A stretch of DNA of 63,142 nt, filler included, from Trypethelium eluteriae (taxonomy: Eukaryota): assembly GCA_051942245.1 (NCBI GenBank). It is 2 parts of 2 records of this genome, joined end to end, with 100 filler letters (N's around TTAATTAATTAA, not from the genome) between each part and the next. Parts side by side here need not be neighbours in the genome. Positions count along the whole stretch, not along the records: positions 1 to 31,576 come from JAVECL010000272.1; 1 more part is not named here. One strand, 5' to 3'. A program made the translations under genes and the position numbers. This document shows positions 13,101 to 25,419 of this stretch, piece after piece (the stretch's first letter is position 1; every line of letters starts with the position of its first letter). Under the pieces are notes generated by a model. That model worked only from the letters and a program-made list of their open reading frames with translations. It did no database searches and had not been told where the DNA came from.

Positions 13101-13550
13101 TAGTCTATTTATAACCGTCTTTTCTTTTTATCTATCTGTTTAATTATATTGTTGGCTATTAGCTCTCTATTTATGCTTAACCCGTCTTTTTCCATCTCCT
13201 TAATTAAAAATCTCTTATATGCATTAACCAGCTTGGGCTTATGCTGCTTGGCTTTGTTATATGCTTTATTCTAAAGATATTCTAAAATATTTATTAACAG
13301 GAATAGGGAGGCTGGTGCAGTCCTAAATGCAGCGCTTTGCGCATAGACAGGAGGAGGCAGAACTGGTTATTACAAACTTAAGGATCTATGGGTTGGCAAA
13401 GCCTGTCCATCCTTGCGTAAAGCAAGATTTATGGCGGTTGCTTCTAGAGTAAGAAAAAGGTCAGCGGGGTAATTCCCATCCTAAATTAATAAAGGGGAGA
13501 GTTATAAAGCAGGTTCTAACTTAGCAACATGTCTACCTTTAAATTTCATA
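10150..13550 (-). pseudogene. NWD-type NLR: NACHT_N - NACHT - WD40 (HET-E/HET-D-like), RIP-disrupted
   Basis: N-terminal *NKAYNKAKQHKPKLVNAYKRFL (~13270) and AALA*AGVCFA (~12970). Walker A LLWIKGDSGKGKTMLICGII (~12275-12215), SYFFCQA, IINALNKC (Walker B, DALDEC), TFLWVALACKNL and YFVH*SAKDYL follow. C-terminal WD40 repeats. Confidence 0.9.
10155..10620 (-). repeat. 126-bp highly conserved WD40 repeats (~3.6 units)
   Basis: Near-identical units encode [42 protein letters not shown] (ORF 10258-10491). The last unit stops after LASASS. Confidence 0.92.
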
Positions 13551-13849
13551 AAATTGCGTTCTTTAAGGTCTTTATAACAATACTTCCACCAGGACAAGAT
13601 TAAATTGGGGGCTATAGTATAAAATGTTTATGCGTTAGCACCAATAATAACAATATTTAACCTTTTTAAAGTTTAGCTAGTGGGTATAACCAAGACTTTT
13701 AAGGGGTGAAAATGCGGCCTCAAGCAGCAGCGGGAAATCAGATATTAAAAGCTAATGGCAGTGGTTATAAAAGGCTATGCTATGGTTATTATAGGCAGTA
13801 CTTAGGCAGTGCGCATAAGGCTGCAATTATAATGCAGGCTGGATGTTTA

Positions 13850-16800
13850 TATGCAAGCTAATACAGATAGAACATGGGGAAATACTTTATCACCCGTCCT
13901 GCGGATAGCCTTATTAATTATGCAATATAAGTCTTAGCATAAATTGCCTATGATTATTAAAAGACTGCAAGTTATATATGCAAACCCATTTTTTAAGTGC
14001 CGGCGCAGTATCTTTATAGCCTTCTAGGTCCTGTGTATTATACTCCCTTTTTATACGCTTAAGCCTGCGTCCAATCTCCTTATTTTTTTTGTAAATAAAA
14101 TAGCATTTTGCACAGTCTTTAAGTTTAATTACTAGCTTTTTATTAGCCTATTTACTTTAGGTAATAAATATGCCCCACAAACCCTTACTAATGTAAGATC
14201 TTTAGGTAAGGATATCTTTATAAATGCTGTTAAAGGCACCCTTTAAGTTAAAGCTTAGCAGTATAACTATATGCTTTTGCTTCTAAGCTTAATAAATATC
14301 CTTTATAACTAGCTGTAATGCATTAATAATAAAACACTATTTCTGGGCTCTAAAATAATATTTAGGCAGAAGACTATGTGTTTTATCTAAATATAAAAGT
14401 CTTTCTGCAAGGACTAACTCTAATGCTTTTTTTAATGTGGCTAAGAGCGATATAAGCTAGTATACTTTTGCCAGTTTATAATTATATTTATTAGGTTTTT
14501 AAAAAGGCAGGATTCTGGCAGTCCTTTATGGATTAGGGAAGTGCCCTACTTAAACTATTGCTTAAAAAAGGGTGATAATTTGGCTACCCACCTTTAGCTA
14601 GAGTATTTTCCATATTATAGCGGGCAGGTTATTAGGACTAGGGGCTTTATAAGGAGCTGCCTTAAGAATTGCCACATAAATTTTTTTTTTAAATAGCTCC
14701 TCCCAGTGCAATAATATTAGTACATTCTGCAATAGTATATACTCCTTAATTTATGCTGTCTTATTAAAGAATTATGTAATAAGTTCCTTTAAGATTATGG
14801 GATTATTTATGCGGAGGCTATTTAGTATTTTTAATGCTGGTATGGAACCAAATTAACTTTATTTTGCTGGGTGAAGATACCTTACAGCCTTCTAGATATT
14901 TTAGCCAGTCTCTAAAAAGTTATTCCACTTAGATTATTATTAACATCTACATGCATTATAAAATTCTTCTTGGGCATTCCTAATTATTTTATTAAGCTGT
15001 CTATCGCGCGAGTATTTATATTGTTAGGCACAAGCTTTATTTCTAATCTGGGTAAAGTTGCGTCTAAGCTGAGTAAGGTTGAGGGTTTATTATTATTTAG
15101 CATATGGTGATGGTTTAGCAATGGGTGTACACTGCAGCACTGCTTGCTGTATAATTTGGGTAAGGCGGGCAGTAAAGGTGTTAATCTGTTTAGGCGTGTT
15201 TAGCGTACTGTTGGAGAGAGGTAGCTATTGGAGACCTCTAGCAGCTAATTAATATGTCCTATGCCAATTGGTATTTTAAAATAGACATTACGGTTTGTGA
15301 GAAGGCTTGTAGGTATTAAGGGCAAACTGAGTTTTAATTGCTTTATGGTCCAATCTATATGCAGTGTGCCACAGCTGGCACTTAATTAAATCGCTTGCAA
15401 GGCCGCTTAATGCAAGCGCTAAGTCTATTATGGATCCCAAGTTGTGCGTAGCTATGCCCCATGGAAGTAATAATTAAAGGGCTAATTAGTTTATGCACTA
15501 AATTATCCTTTTACCTTTATTATAACAGATTTTATTACCACCCCAGAGCTGGTTATGGCGGTTAAAGTCGCCTTTAATAAAAACCTTATGGACTGGATAC
15601 TGTGCATACATATTCTTAATATAGCATAGGGCTTTGTTTAAGATCTTATTATTGCGACTAGCCATGCCTTTAATTAATAGGATGTATACTAAAAAGGCTA
15701 GGTATTATTTTCCTCCAGTTTGGAACTTAACCGCTGTAAAATCCTTTAAGGGAATATCCACTTAACGCGCTTAGAGGGATTGGCATGCATAAATTAGGGT
15801 CTAAACAGCTACTATGCTGAAGTGTCCTGCAGTGAAAGGACGTGCTGTGTCTAATATTGGTAACTCTATAGTGTTATTATAAATTGGCCTTTATCTATTT
15901 TAAAGCCGCTTGGCTCTTAAATTAATAATAGACTAAAGTCTTATAGCGCCTTATTATTAAGCAGGGCATACTGGGCTTCTTGTTGGTGCTGGAGGTTAGC
16001 CTAAAGAATCCAAAGTAGCTTACCAGTTATTTGGTTATTTATATTATGTCTATTACTGGCAAATAGGGCATAAGATGGTTTGGCTATGGTGGTTATTAAA
16101 GTAATTATAGCAGCAAGCAGTGTTAGTATAGAGCAGTGTGTTGTGACCTTTATTAGTGCAATTTAAACACCTTTGTGGATTCCTGCAGTTCCGCGTTATG
16201 TGGTTAAATTCACCACACTTCTTACATTATAACACCGGGGATTTAAAGAATTTGTAGGTATAAGTAAGTGCTCCTTAAATTGTAATATACCCTTTTTAGA
16301 GGAGGCTGTTTTTTTTATTTTATAATATATATACTAGCACAAGTTGGACTGTTTAGCGCTTAAATAATTAATTAAGGAGTTGCATTATTTAAATAGAAAG
16401 TCTATTCTTGCTATTAATTTAGTCTATTATATCCTTAGCAACAGCCTCTCCCTTATTAGGGTTGCTAATTTAATGCCTATTAACTTTTATAAACTTAACT
16501 TTAAACCTTTCTTATTTAATTAATTAAGCTTGTAAAGAGTCTTTATTTGCTAGGTTCTTCCATAGCTTTTTATTTCTAATTATATGCGCTTATTATTCGC
16601 TTATAAAGACAAAGCTAATGTGTTCCTTCTGCTTTAGCATTATTATATTACACATAACTGATAACAGTTTAGCTGTAGCTTGGAGGGCATAATTTATTAA
16701 ATCCTGTAGTTCTTTTATGTTCTTAATTCCTACTTACGTATTCCTAAGGTTTAATTCTACTATGGGCAGCTGGTGTTTAGCTTGGGCCGCATCCCTTATT

Positions 16801-17520
16801 ATACTTTAATCAAAAATAAACAAGAGGTTTGGGCTTAAATTAGGGGGTATTACAGTAATAATAGAGGGGAGTAAATTAGGACTTAAGGCTGCTAAAGCAT
16901 ATAAGCGAGGTTAAGATATTGCTAGAATTAATAACACTGCTTTCTTTAGGCTACTAAGCATGCCTTTTACCTTTGCCATGTTATTTTTTATTCTGCTTAT
17001 TTTATCTGCTAGACTCTTGCATTCTTAAATAAGCGCCTTATTGCTTTTTATTAATAACTTGTTTTCTTTTATAAGTTTCTGGAAACCCTTCTTATAACCT
17101 TGGGCCAGCTATTATATATCCGAGATGCGGCGTGATTCCATCTTGTGTAGAGTCTAAAGGATGTCCTTTCTTAAGGTGTTCTGTCTCCTTAATGCCATAA
17201 TAATATTATAATATTTACTATTGTTAACTGCGGCGGCGAGGGCTTTTGCTAATAATAATAGGGTACGCTTTAACTGTTGTAAGGCAGATTTAGTGTGAGG
17301 TAATTCGGGGCTTCTGTTGTGTTTTTTAAGTACTATTTATTACTTTTTAATTAGGTATTATCCCCAAAAGGTTATGTTCTTGCGGTAATTGTTATATTTT
17401 AGTGTTTTTATTAATAGACGCGTTACCGCGCGTCGCCTTATGGCGTTAGGATACCCACGCGATATTCCACGCAGTATTTTTAGTGCTTGCTATTACAGAC
17501 TATAGTAACTAAACACATAG
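13850..17520 (-). mobile_element. Tad1-like non-LTR (LINE) retrotransposon, RIP-mutated and apparently internally deleted
   Basis: ORF1 has zinc knuckles (CGEFNHITRNC..RCLNCTNKGH, ~16220-16140). The endonuclease shows GDFNRHNQLWGG (~15570) and SIIDLALA. The RT shows KAAPYKAPSPNNLPA (~14660), ARILPF*KP..YKLAKVY*LISLLATL and NLKGAFNSI (~14245). Later RT motifs were not found. Confidence 0.85.
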
Positions 17521-17999
17521 GTATCCTCCCAATATGTACCTCAGAACTGATTAATTAGTACCTTCCCGTGTGTACCTTAAGGCTGATGCCATTACTATTT
17601 ACAGCTAGCAGAAACAAGCCCTGCTTTAAAATATGATCATTACAGTACACTTTATATTGTGCAGTTTATGCTAGCTGGATAAGGCTAGCCACTTACGGCT
17701 ATACAAAGTCTACTAGCCAACCTTCAAACCCGCGCTCCACCGCCTTTGCTTTTATTATTCCACAATTTGAGGCTATATTATATTATCTGTTTACCTTTCT
17801 TAATAGCATTAGAGATACTTTAATCCTTAATTTCTATAATATTCCTAATTTCTCCTTAAAGCAGGATGCCTTTACTAAAGAAAGTTAAATAGCCTAATCC
17901 TACTTTTCTTTATAAGATAATCTAAACTTAAAAGTTAACTTAGTAAAAAAACACTGCTGTGCTATTAATTATACAACTATTTAGCTTAATTATAAAGGC

Positions 18000-20900
18000 T
18001 AGCTCTTAAAGCGAAATATAGTTTTAAGAATCCTCTGTGCTCCAATGCTGATATTTGTGATATTGCGGATGCCTGGTTTTAAGATCTTAAACTGTCCATA
18101 AAGAAACCAGACTGTAATTAAGACCGTAACTGCAACCAGTGCCTTAAGCCATAATAACATAATTTATTAAGCAATCTAAGGTGCAACCGCGTAAGATTTA
18201 ACCTTATTTTTATGTGGATTTATGCTGGATTTTTGACATCTTTTTACTAAATTTATATTAAACGCATTATTATAATCGCTATTATAACTTCCTGCAATTG
18301 CTCCATGCTAAAAAAGGATAGCTACCATATGCTGGTGCCCTTTAATTATTGCAGCCTGCAGCGCATTGTTATACTTACCGCCTTAAGCATTGACATCCGC
18401 TTTTGCATTAAAAAGCATCTCTACTATCTCTTGTAATCCTTTATATAAAGCCGCCTGCAGTGCATTGCTGAAATAGCCACCTTGAGCATGGACATCTGCT
18501 CCTGCATTAAGTAGCATCTTCACTATCTCTTGCAATCTTCCCCATAAGGCTGCCTGCAGTGCATTGCTATACTCACCGCCTTAAGCATGGATGTCTGCTC
18601 TGGTATTAAGAAGCATCTTTACTATCTCTAGCGATCCTTAAGATGAAGCCGCCTACAGTGCATTGCTGAAATAGCCGCCTTAAGTATGGACATCTGCTCT
18701 AGTATTAAGAAGCATCTTTACTATCTCTAGCGATCCTTGATATAAAGCTGCCTGCAGTGCATTGCTGAAATTGCCGCCTTAAGCATGGATGTCTACTCCG
18801 GCATTAAGAAGTATCTTTATTATCTCTGGCGATCCTTAAGATAAAGCCGCCTGCAGTACATTGCTGAAATTGCCGCCTTAAGTATAAACGTCTGCTCCGG
18901 CATTAAGAAGCATCTTTACTATCTTTAGCCATCCTTAAGATAAAGCCGCCTATAGTACATTGCTGTATTTGCTGCCTTAAGCATGGACATCTGCTCCAGC
19001 ATTAAGAAGCATCTTCATTATCTCTAGCAATCCTTGATATAAAGCTGCCTGCAGTGCATTGCTGTATTTACTGCCTTAAGCATGGACGTCTGCTCTAGCA
19101 TTAAGAAGTATTTTCACTATCTCTGGCGATCCTTGATATAAAGCCGCCTGCAGTGCATTGCTGAAATAGCCGCCTTAAGCATGGATGTCTGCTCCAGCAT
19201 CAAGAAGCATCTTTATTATCTTTAGCGATCCTTGAGATAAAGCCGCCTGCAGTGCATTGCTGAAATAGCCGCCTTGAGCATGGATGTCTACTCCGGCATT
19301 AAGAAGCATCTTCACTATCTTTAGCGATCCTTGAGATGAAGCCGCCTGCAGTGCATTGCTGAAATTGCCGCCTTAAGCATGGACGTCTGCTCTAGCATTA
19401 AGAAGCATCTTCACTATCTCTGGCCATCCTTAAGATAAAGCCGCCTGCAGTATATTGCTGTATTCACCGCCTTAAGCATGGACGTCTGCTCCAGTATTAA
19501 GAAGCATCTTTATTATCTCTGGCCATCCTTAATATAAAGCCGCCTATAATACATTGCTGTATTCGCCGCCTTAAGCATAGACATCTGCTCCAGCATTAAG
19601 AAGCATCTTTACTATCTCTGGCAATCCTTAATATAAAGCCGCCTGCAGTGTATTACTGAAATAACTGCCTTAAGTATGGATATCTGCTCCAGCATTAAGA
19701 AGCATCTTTACTATCTCTGGTGATCCTTAATATAAAGCCGCCTGCAGTGCATTACTGAAATAGCCGCCTTAAGCATGGACGTCTGCTCCGGCATTAAGAA
19801 GCATCTTTATTATCTCTAGCGATCCTCTAAATAAAGCCGCCTGCAGTGCATTACTAAAATAGCCGCCTTAAGCATTAATATCTGCTCCTTGTCCTAATAA
19901 AACAATCCCAATAAGCCGCTGATATCCATTCTCACACAACATATAGAGTAATCCTGCATCCATATTAATTCTTAAGTTATAGTTATCCAGATCTGAGGTA
20001 CTTATAAACTTCTTCCAATCTTTAAAGCAGTTACTGCTACATTCTTGCACCCATTATAAGACCTCACGCTCTTAGGTTAGGTATCCAAATAAATTATAAA
20101 AACTATTAAGCAACCAATACCCAGTCTGCTGCTTTTAACCCAGTCTACCTTTATAAAAAGCCTTATCTGCAAAATTAAATATAGAGCGTATTGCGTATTG
20201 TATAAAGGGATATTTTTTATTCACTTCGGCCATATATTTTCCATCTGTCCATGTTGTATTAACCAGCTTAATATACTTACTATAATAAGACCATAGCTGC
20301 TTATAATTAGCGCGGTTAGGATCTAACATTAGTATTGGATTAAGCCTTTGCAACTGCTGGTTTCGCAGAAAAAAATTGTTAACTGATTAATGGATAAATT
20401 GCACTGTTGACTTATTTCCTGGTCTAACCTTAATAAGTCCTTTGGATAAGTCCGTAATACGCCCTTGGATAACTTTATTAGTAATTTTAGTAGGGTTCCA
20501 TAATTTTATTAGCTATAAAGCTACTTCCATTATAGCAGCAATAAAAAGCTCTTTAAATATAAATAGCTAAAAACTGAATAACACCCACTGCAGTATAAGC
20601 ACAGTCTCAGCTTTGCATGTTTTATCTTTAGCCAGCATAAAATTGAACACCTTTTCCAGATCTCTAGGCAGATTATTTAGCATTTTCTGTATCTCCTTAA
20701 TATAACCAGCGTGAGTGTTTTTATTTAGTATAATAATAATAAGCACAGCCCATAGAAATATACTATCCGCTTTTTCCTAGATAGCTTGCTTTATGTTTTT
20801 ATTTTTTACCTTAAGCTTATTAAAAACATATTTAATAATATCTTATTAATGCTGTTTATTTTTCTTTACTATTAATTTAAGCTTCTTCTTTATGTTAATT

Positions 20901-22446
20901 AAGGGGTAGTAACAGCTTAAGAGGCAGATTCTGAGCATAGTCTTTAATTAAACAGCTTTAATACTTAATATTTTTAATATATTAATAATATTTTGCACAT
21001 TTAAATTACTGCATTCATCCAGTGCGTTAATAAGCAGAAGAGTTGGCCTCCAGTATTACTGCATAATCTTAAAAATAATAAAGTTATGCAAGTCTAACAT
21101 CCACTATTCCAGCTTCCTAGCTTTATGCATTATCTATTTTTTATAAAAGCGTATTATAAAATGGTTACGGATAGTATTATCTTTTTATATAAGCTAATAT
21201 ACTATAAACTGCAACAACCCAAGAGCAGTCTTTTCCAGTTACTCACTGTAAGTATTAAAGAAGTATGCTATTACTAAATAGTCGCCCAACTCTTGCTTAT
21301 AATAATATAATATGTGCTTTATTAGTATTAACTTCCCTGCTCTTAACTTCCCTTTAAGCTAAAGTACTCTATTATAATCTGCTAAGTTAATCTGGTCTTA
21401 TTATTTATAAAATTCTGTTATCTTAAACAGCCAGTCGCATGTATTAAGATGGGCGGAGGTTACATTGTTCTGCCGAGCTTAAAGGGTGGAGAAACCAAAA
21501 GAGCGGAGGCAGACTATATAATTCTTTTTAAAGCTCCAAAGGCTGCCTCCGCGTCTAATAAAGGGCTTATTTTGTAGGCCCGGGTACTGCAATGTAACTA
21601 TGAATAGTTAATATTATTTAGTAATTATGCTTAAAGGGAGGACTATTAAAACATACTAAGTGCATCTTAGGCTTGTGCTACATCTAACTTATGTGGCTGT
21701 ATAAGTTATTCTTTTATCTCTTTCTTAAAATATTAAAAAGTATGATCTTCTCCCTCACTATAAATTAGTAATAAGAAGATACTAAAAATACCTAGCAGAC
21801 AGTAAGCTTTGTCTTCTTTTATTTTTATATTGCGCTTCTTAACCCAGTTTATATAATTATTATTACTAAACTTCTTAAGCTTATATTTCCTTAGCACTTT
21901 AGTGGGAATTCCAGTAATTTTGTAAATATCTTATTCCAGCAATATTTTATTGCCTAAATTCTTTCCATTTATAAAGAAAAATTTAATTATGGCTAGCGCA
22001 AAGAGCTCTTGCAATATCCAGCCTTAAGAAAACCATACACTTCTTTAAAAAGTATTTCCCTATGTAATTAGGAATGCTTAAGCATTAACAGTTTTATCTC
22101 CAATATATACATCTATAAGATACACATAGCACTTAGTTGCTTACTAATACTAATAGAATATACTGTTAATAGCTGTGCTGAGTTTAGTATTATCTATTTT
22201 ATTAATATAGCAAGTATCTACCCAGAAGTACTGGAGGCTGTTACTTGCTACCTTATCTGCGCAGAATTATATCTTTTTATAACCAGCCTTACTTTTGCTA
22301 ATACCAGCTTTAACATCCTAATAGCTGACCTCCTCTTTATTATCAGTAGCCTAAGTGTGGGATAATATCACGTACTTAGGAGTATTCTTATTACTAAACT
22401 TGCGGAATATTAAGTCGCTATTAAAGTAGCATTATAAAAGGCGCAT
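18000..22446 (-). pseudogene. NLR: HET (TIR-like cell-death) domain - NACHT - ankyrin repeats, RIP-disrupted
   Basis: ATG at 22446 gives MRLL*C..TPKYVILSHT*ATDNKEEVSY*D..GYKKI*FCADK..LQYFWVDTCYI (HET domain). AHLNTCDWLF and VL*LKGKLRAGKLILIKH (Walker A, ~21365), LLINALDEC, IFLWAVL and VQFIH*SVNNFF follow, then the ankyrin array. Confidence 0.9.
18290..19890 (-). repeat. 99-bp highly conserved ankyrin repeats (~16 units)
   Basis: The NAL-encoding motif recurs every 99 nt from ~18363 to ~19848. Consensus is NALQAALYQGSPEIVKMLLDAGADVHAQGGYFS. Confidence 0.95.
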
Positions 22447-22875
22447 TATAAGGCCTTTTATAACTAAGGCTGGCAGAAATGCGTGTGTAATACACATTAC
22501 CTGTATTGGTTATTATATTTATTAAGGTCGAGCTTATAACAGAGATATTAATTAAGAATAAGGGTTTTAGAAAACTGGGGAGTAAAAGGAAGTAATATTA
22601 AGTATTTATAATGCCACTGCTGGAGGAAGGCAGGCGTAATATAGTATTAATATACAGGGCTGCAGTACTTATGGCGCGGGTTTAAGAGCATTATTATATT
22701 ATTATGTGCCTATATACGCGCTGTGGATATTAGCTAAGAGGCTCTGCATAGCCACACCTTTGCCTAGCTGGCATAAAATGTATAATGTATATACCAATAT
22801 AGTAATAAGATTTCTTAACTCAGCAATAATTGCTTTAAAGTATTTAGGAAGCCAAAAGTGTAGAAGTGGGGTAAA

Positions 22876-25042
22876 GGTTATCCCCACTACCCGACTGGGC
22901 GCACCACCTAACCACCCCACAAACTTAATTTTATTATGTCTTTAAACGCCAATAACTCCATAGATTCTGAGAATTTTTGGTCGGCAATTGCTGCATTAAA
23001 TGCGCAGGAACTTCCCAATTATTCTAAGATAGCTAAAAAATTCAATGTGAATAGAATAATGTTATCACGTCGCCATAAAGGTCTCTTGCAGTCTATTTCT
23101 TAGGCATACCTAAGTAGCCAAACCAAACTATCACAACAACAGGAATGTGCTCTAATTAGCTATATAAATAAGCTTTCACAGCGTGGTATTCCTCCTATAT
23201 CAAAATTAACTCAAAATCTGGCTGAGAATCTATTAAAAAGCACAGTTGGAAAGAGCTGGCTTTTATAGTTTATAAAACAACATCATAAAGAGCTGGATAG
23301 CCTTTTTTTGACCTTTTTTAAGCTCGCATAAAAGCAAGCAGATAATTATTAGCATCTTAAGCTCTACTTTGACCTAATAAGTTGACTGATTTTTGTTATT
23401 TCTAGCCTAATATTAGTGCAGATAAAGAAAAAATTGGCCGAATACAATATTCTCCCGGAGAATATTTACAACATGGATGAGAAAGGTTTTTGTATTAGCC
23501 AATTTAGCAAGATGAAAAGAGTATTCTTAAAAGCAGCCTATAAGCAAGGTATTTTAAAAGGAGCTGGCGTGGATGGGAACCAAATGTGGGTAACAATTCT
23601 AGCATCAATCTTTATGGCCGGCAAAGTACTACCACCTACTGTGGTTTTTAAAGCCAAATCTAGCGATCTTTAAGACACCTGGTTATAGGATTTTAACCCA
23701 GTAAAGCACGCCTGCAGCTTTATGAGCTTACCTACGGGTTGGATGAATAATAAGATAAAACTTTATTAGCTCTTTAAGGTGTTTAAAAAAAACACAAAAA
23801 TAACAGCACAAAATAAATAAGATTAGAGGCTTCTTATTATTAATAGCCACGGCAGCCATGTTAATAGCACTTTCCTTAAATTCTGTAATAAACACCAAAT
23901 CCTTGTTGCAGTATTCCCACCTTATTTAACTCATTACCTTTAACCCCTAGACGTAAGCCTATTCAGCCCTCTCGCTATTTATTATTCACAGAATTTGGAT
24001 AATTGGATAATAAGATCTTAGGGCCTAACACACCTCCAAAAATCAGATTTCTTTATGCTTTTTTGGCCTGCATTTAAGAAAGCTTTCTTACTGTCTAATA
24101 TTAAGAGTGGGTAGCAAAAAATAGGCCTCCAGCTGTTTAACCTAGATATTATTCTTAAACAGATATTAACATTATTAAATAAACATCTAAAGCAAGATTG
24201 AGCCTTTAGCTCATGTTCCTCCTTGTATATACCTCCGGTAGTTATAAGAAAGCTGCGTAGGCAGTATGTTATGCAGTTAAACCCTACACTTCAAAGTGAG
24301 ATTAATCATGTTACAGCAAAGTTACTTAAATTCTTAGCGGAGAATTAGGTGTTAAAACATAAGATGGCAGGTTTTAAAGAGATAATAAAGCTTTAGGAAT
24401 AAAAGCAGAAAGGTTAAAAGGCGTTAAAAATGCCTAATAAGTATGGTGGTGCAGTTATCTATACTCCATTAAAAGTAAAGGCTATTCATAACACTATTAT
24501 CAAAAAAGATAAGGCTGAGCAATAAAAATATTATCAAAGGCATGAGCGACAGCTTCAAAAACAAGCTGCGAAGCAAATAGAAGTTGAAGCTAAAGCACAG
24601 CATTGACGAGAGCATAAGGAAGCTCAATCTAGGCGCCGTTTGCAGAGAGAGGCTGAAGCTCGGCGGAGAGAGGAGGCTCTACAATAGTAAGCAATCAACA
24701 GGCAGGTCCAAAATAAGGCTAAACACCAAAGGAGATCTAGACGAAAGCAGCTGCCACTATCAAATCAACCTTAAAATGATGTGGTGGAGGTAGATCTCTA
24801 AGAGAGTGTTGCTGAAGCTTCTTCTAACTCTGGACGACCTCAACGCCATAAACGCCCTCCAAAATGGTTTTCTAAAGGAGTTTAATGACTCAAAAAATGC
24901 GCCTAATTAAACTGCATAACCTAATGTAATTTATATTATTCTAGCTACTCTAGTTATTAAGATATCTAAGATTGAAATTGAGGTGGTAGAAATAAATTGG
25001 GGTGGTCGGGTGGTGCGCCCAATTGAGTAGTGGGGAATACCT
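22876..25042 (+). mobile_element. Tc1/mariner-superfamily pogo/Fot1-like DNA transposon with ~40-bp TIRs
   Basis: The left TIR tccccactacccgactgggcgcaccacctaaccacccc (22881-) matches the reverse complement of 24999-25036. The transposase has an HTH (KIAKKFNVNRIMLSRRHKG), a CENP-B HTH (LSQQQECALISYINKLSQRGIPP), YNMDEKGF, RLLIINSHGSH and L*PLDVSLFSPL. Exact TA target duplication is ambiguous. Confidence 0.92.
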
Positions 25043-25419
25043 ATATAATCCCTAAAATAGAATTATGCAGCATAAGGATGTTCCCAACTTATTAAGCAGT
25101 AATGTGTTAATATAATAATAATTTTGTGTTATAAAGCGTCACAAAAGCTTAGCAATGGCTTCTTTATACACCTTATACAGCTATGAGAAAATGTAGGTAT
25201 AAGTGCTACCTTAAGAGCATTAAAAAGTGGAAGTACCTGCAATTTGTCCCGCCACATAGGGTGTCCCGCAACGCAGGGACAGACATTAGCTTAACTCTTA
25301 AGCTTAAACAGAACTCAAAAAGTGTAGATGCGTATATTTAATTAGCGTTGCTTTAAAGATAAAGTACCCATAATTTGGCTTATTATAAAGGGTAGCTTAC
25401 AACACAGGGACGGATGTGA

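Noticed and set aside
17520..17590. Degenerate ~37-bp tandem duplication beside the LINE 5' end
   Set aside because: Only two poor copies, and no matching target-site duplication was found at the other LINE end.
18290..19890. Regular arrays (99-bp, 126-bp, 18-bp) as CRISPR-like
   Set aside because: The context is eukaryotic, there are no unique spacers, and the periods are multiples of 3 encoding ankyrin, WD40 or hexapeptide repeats.
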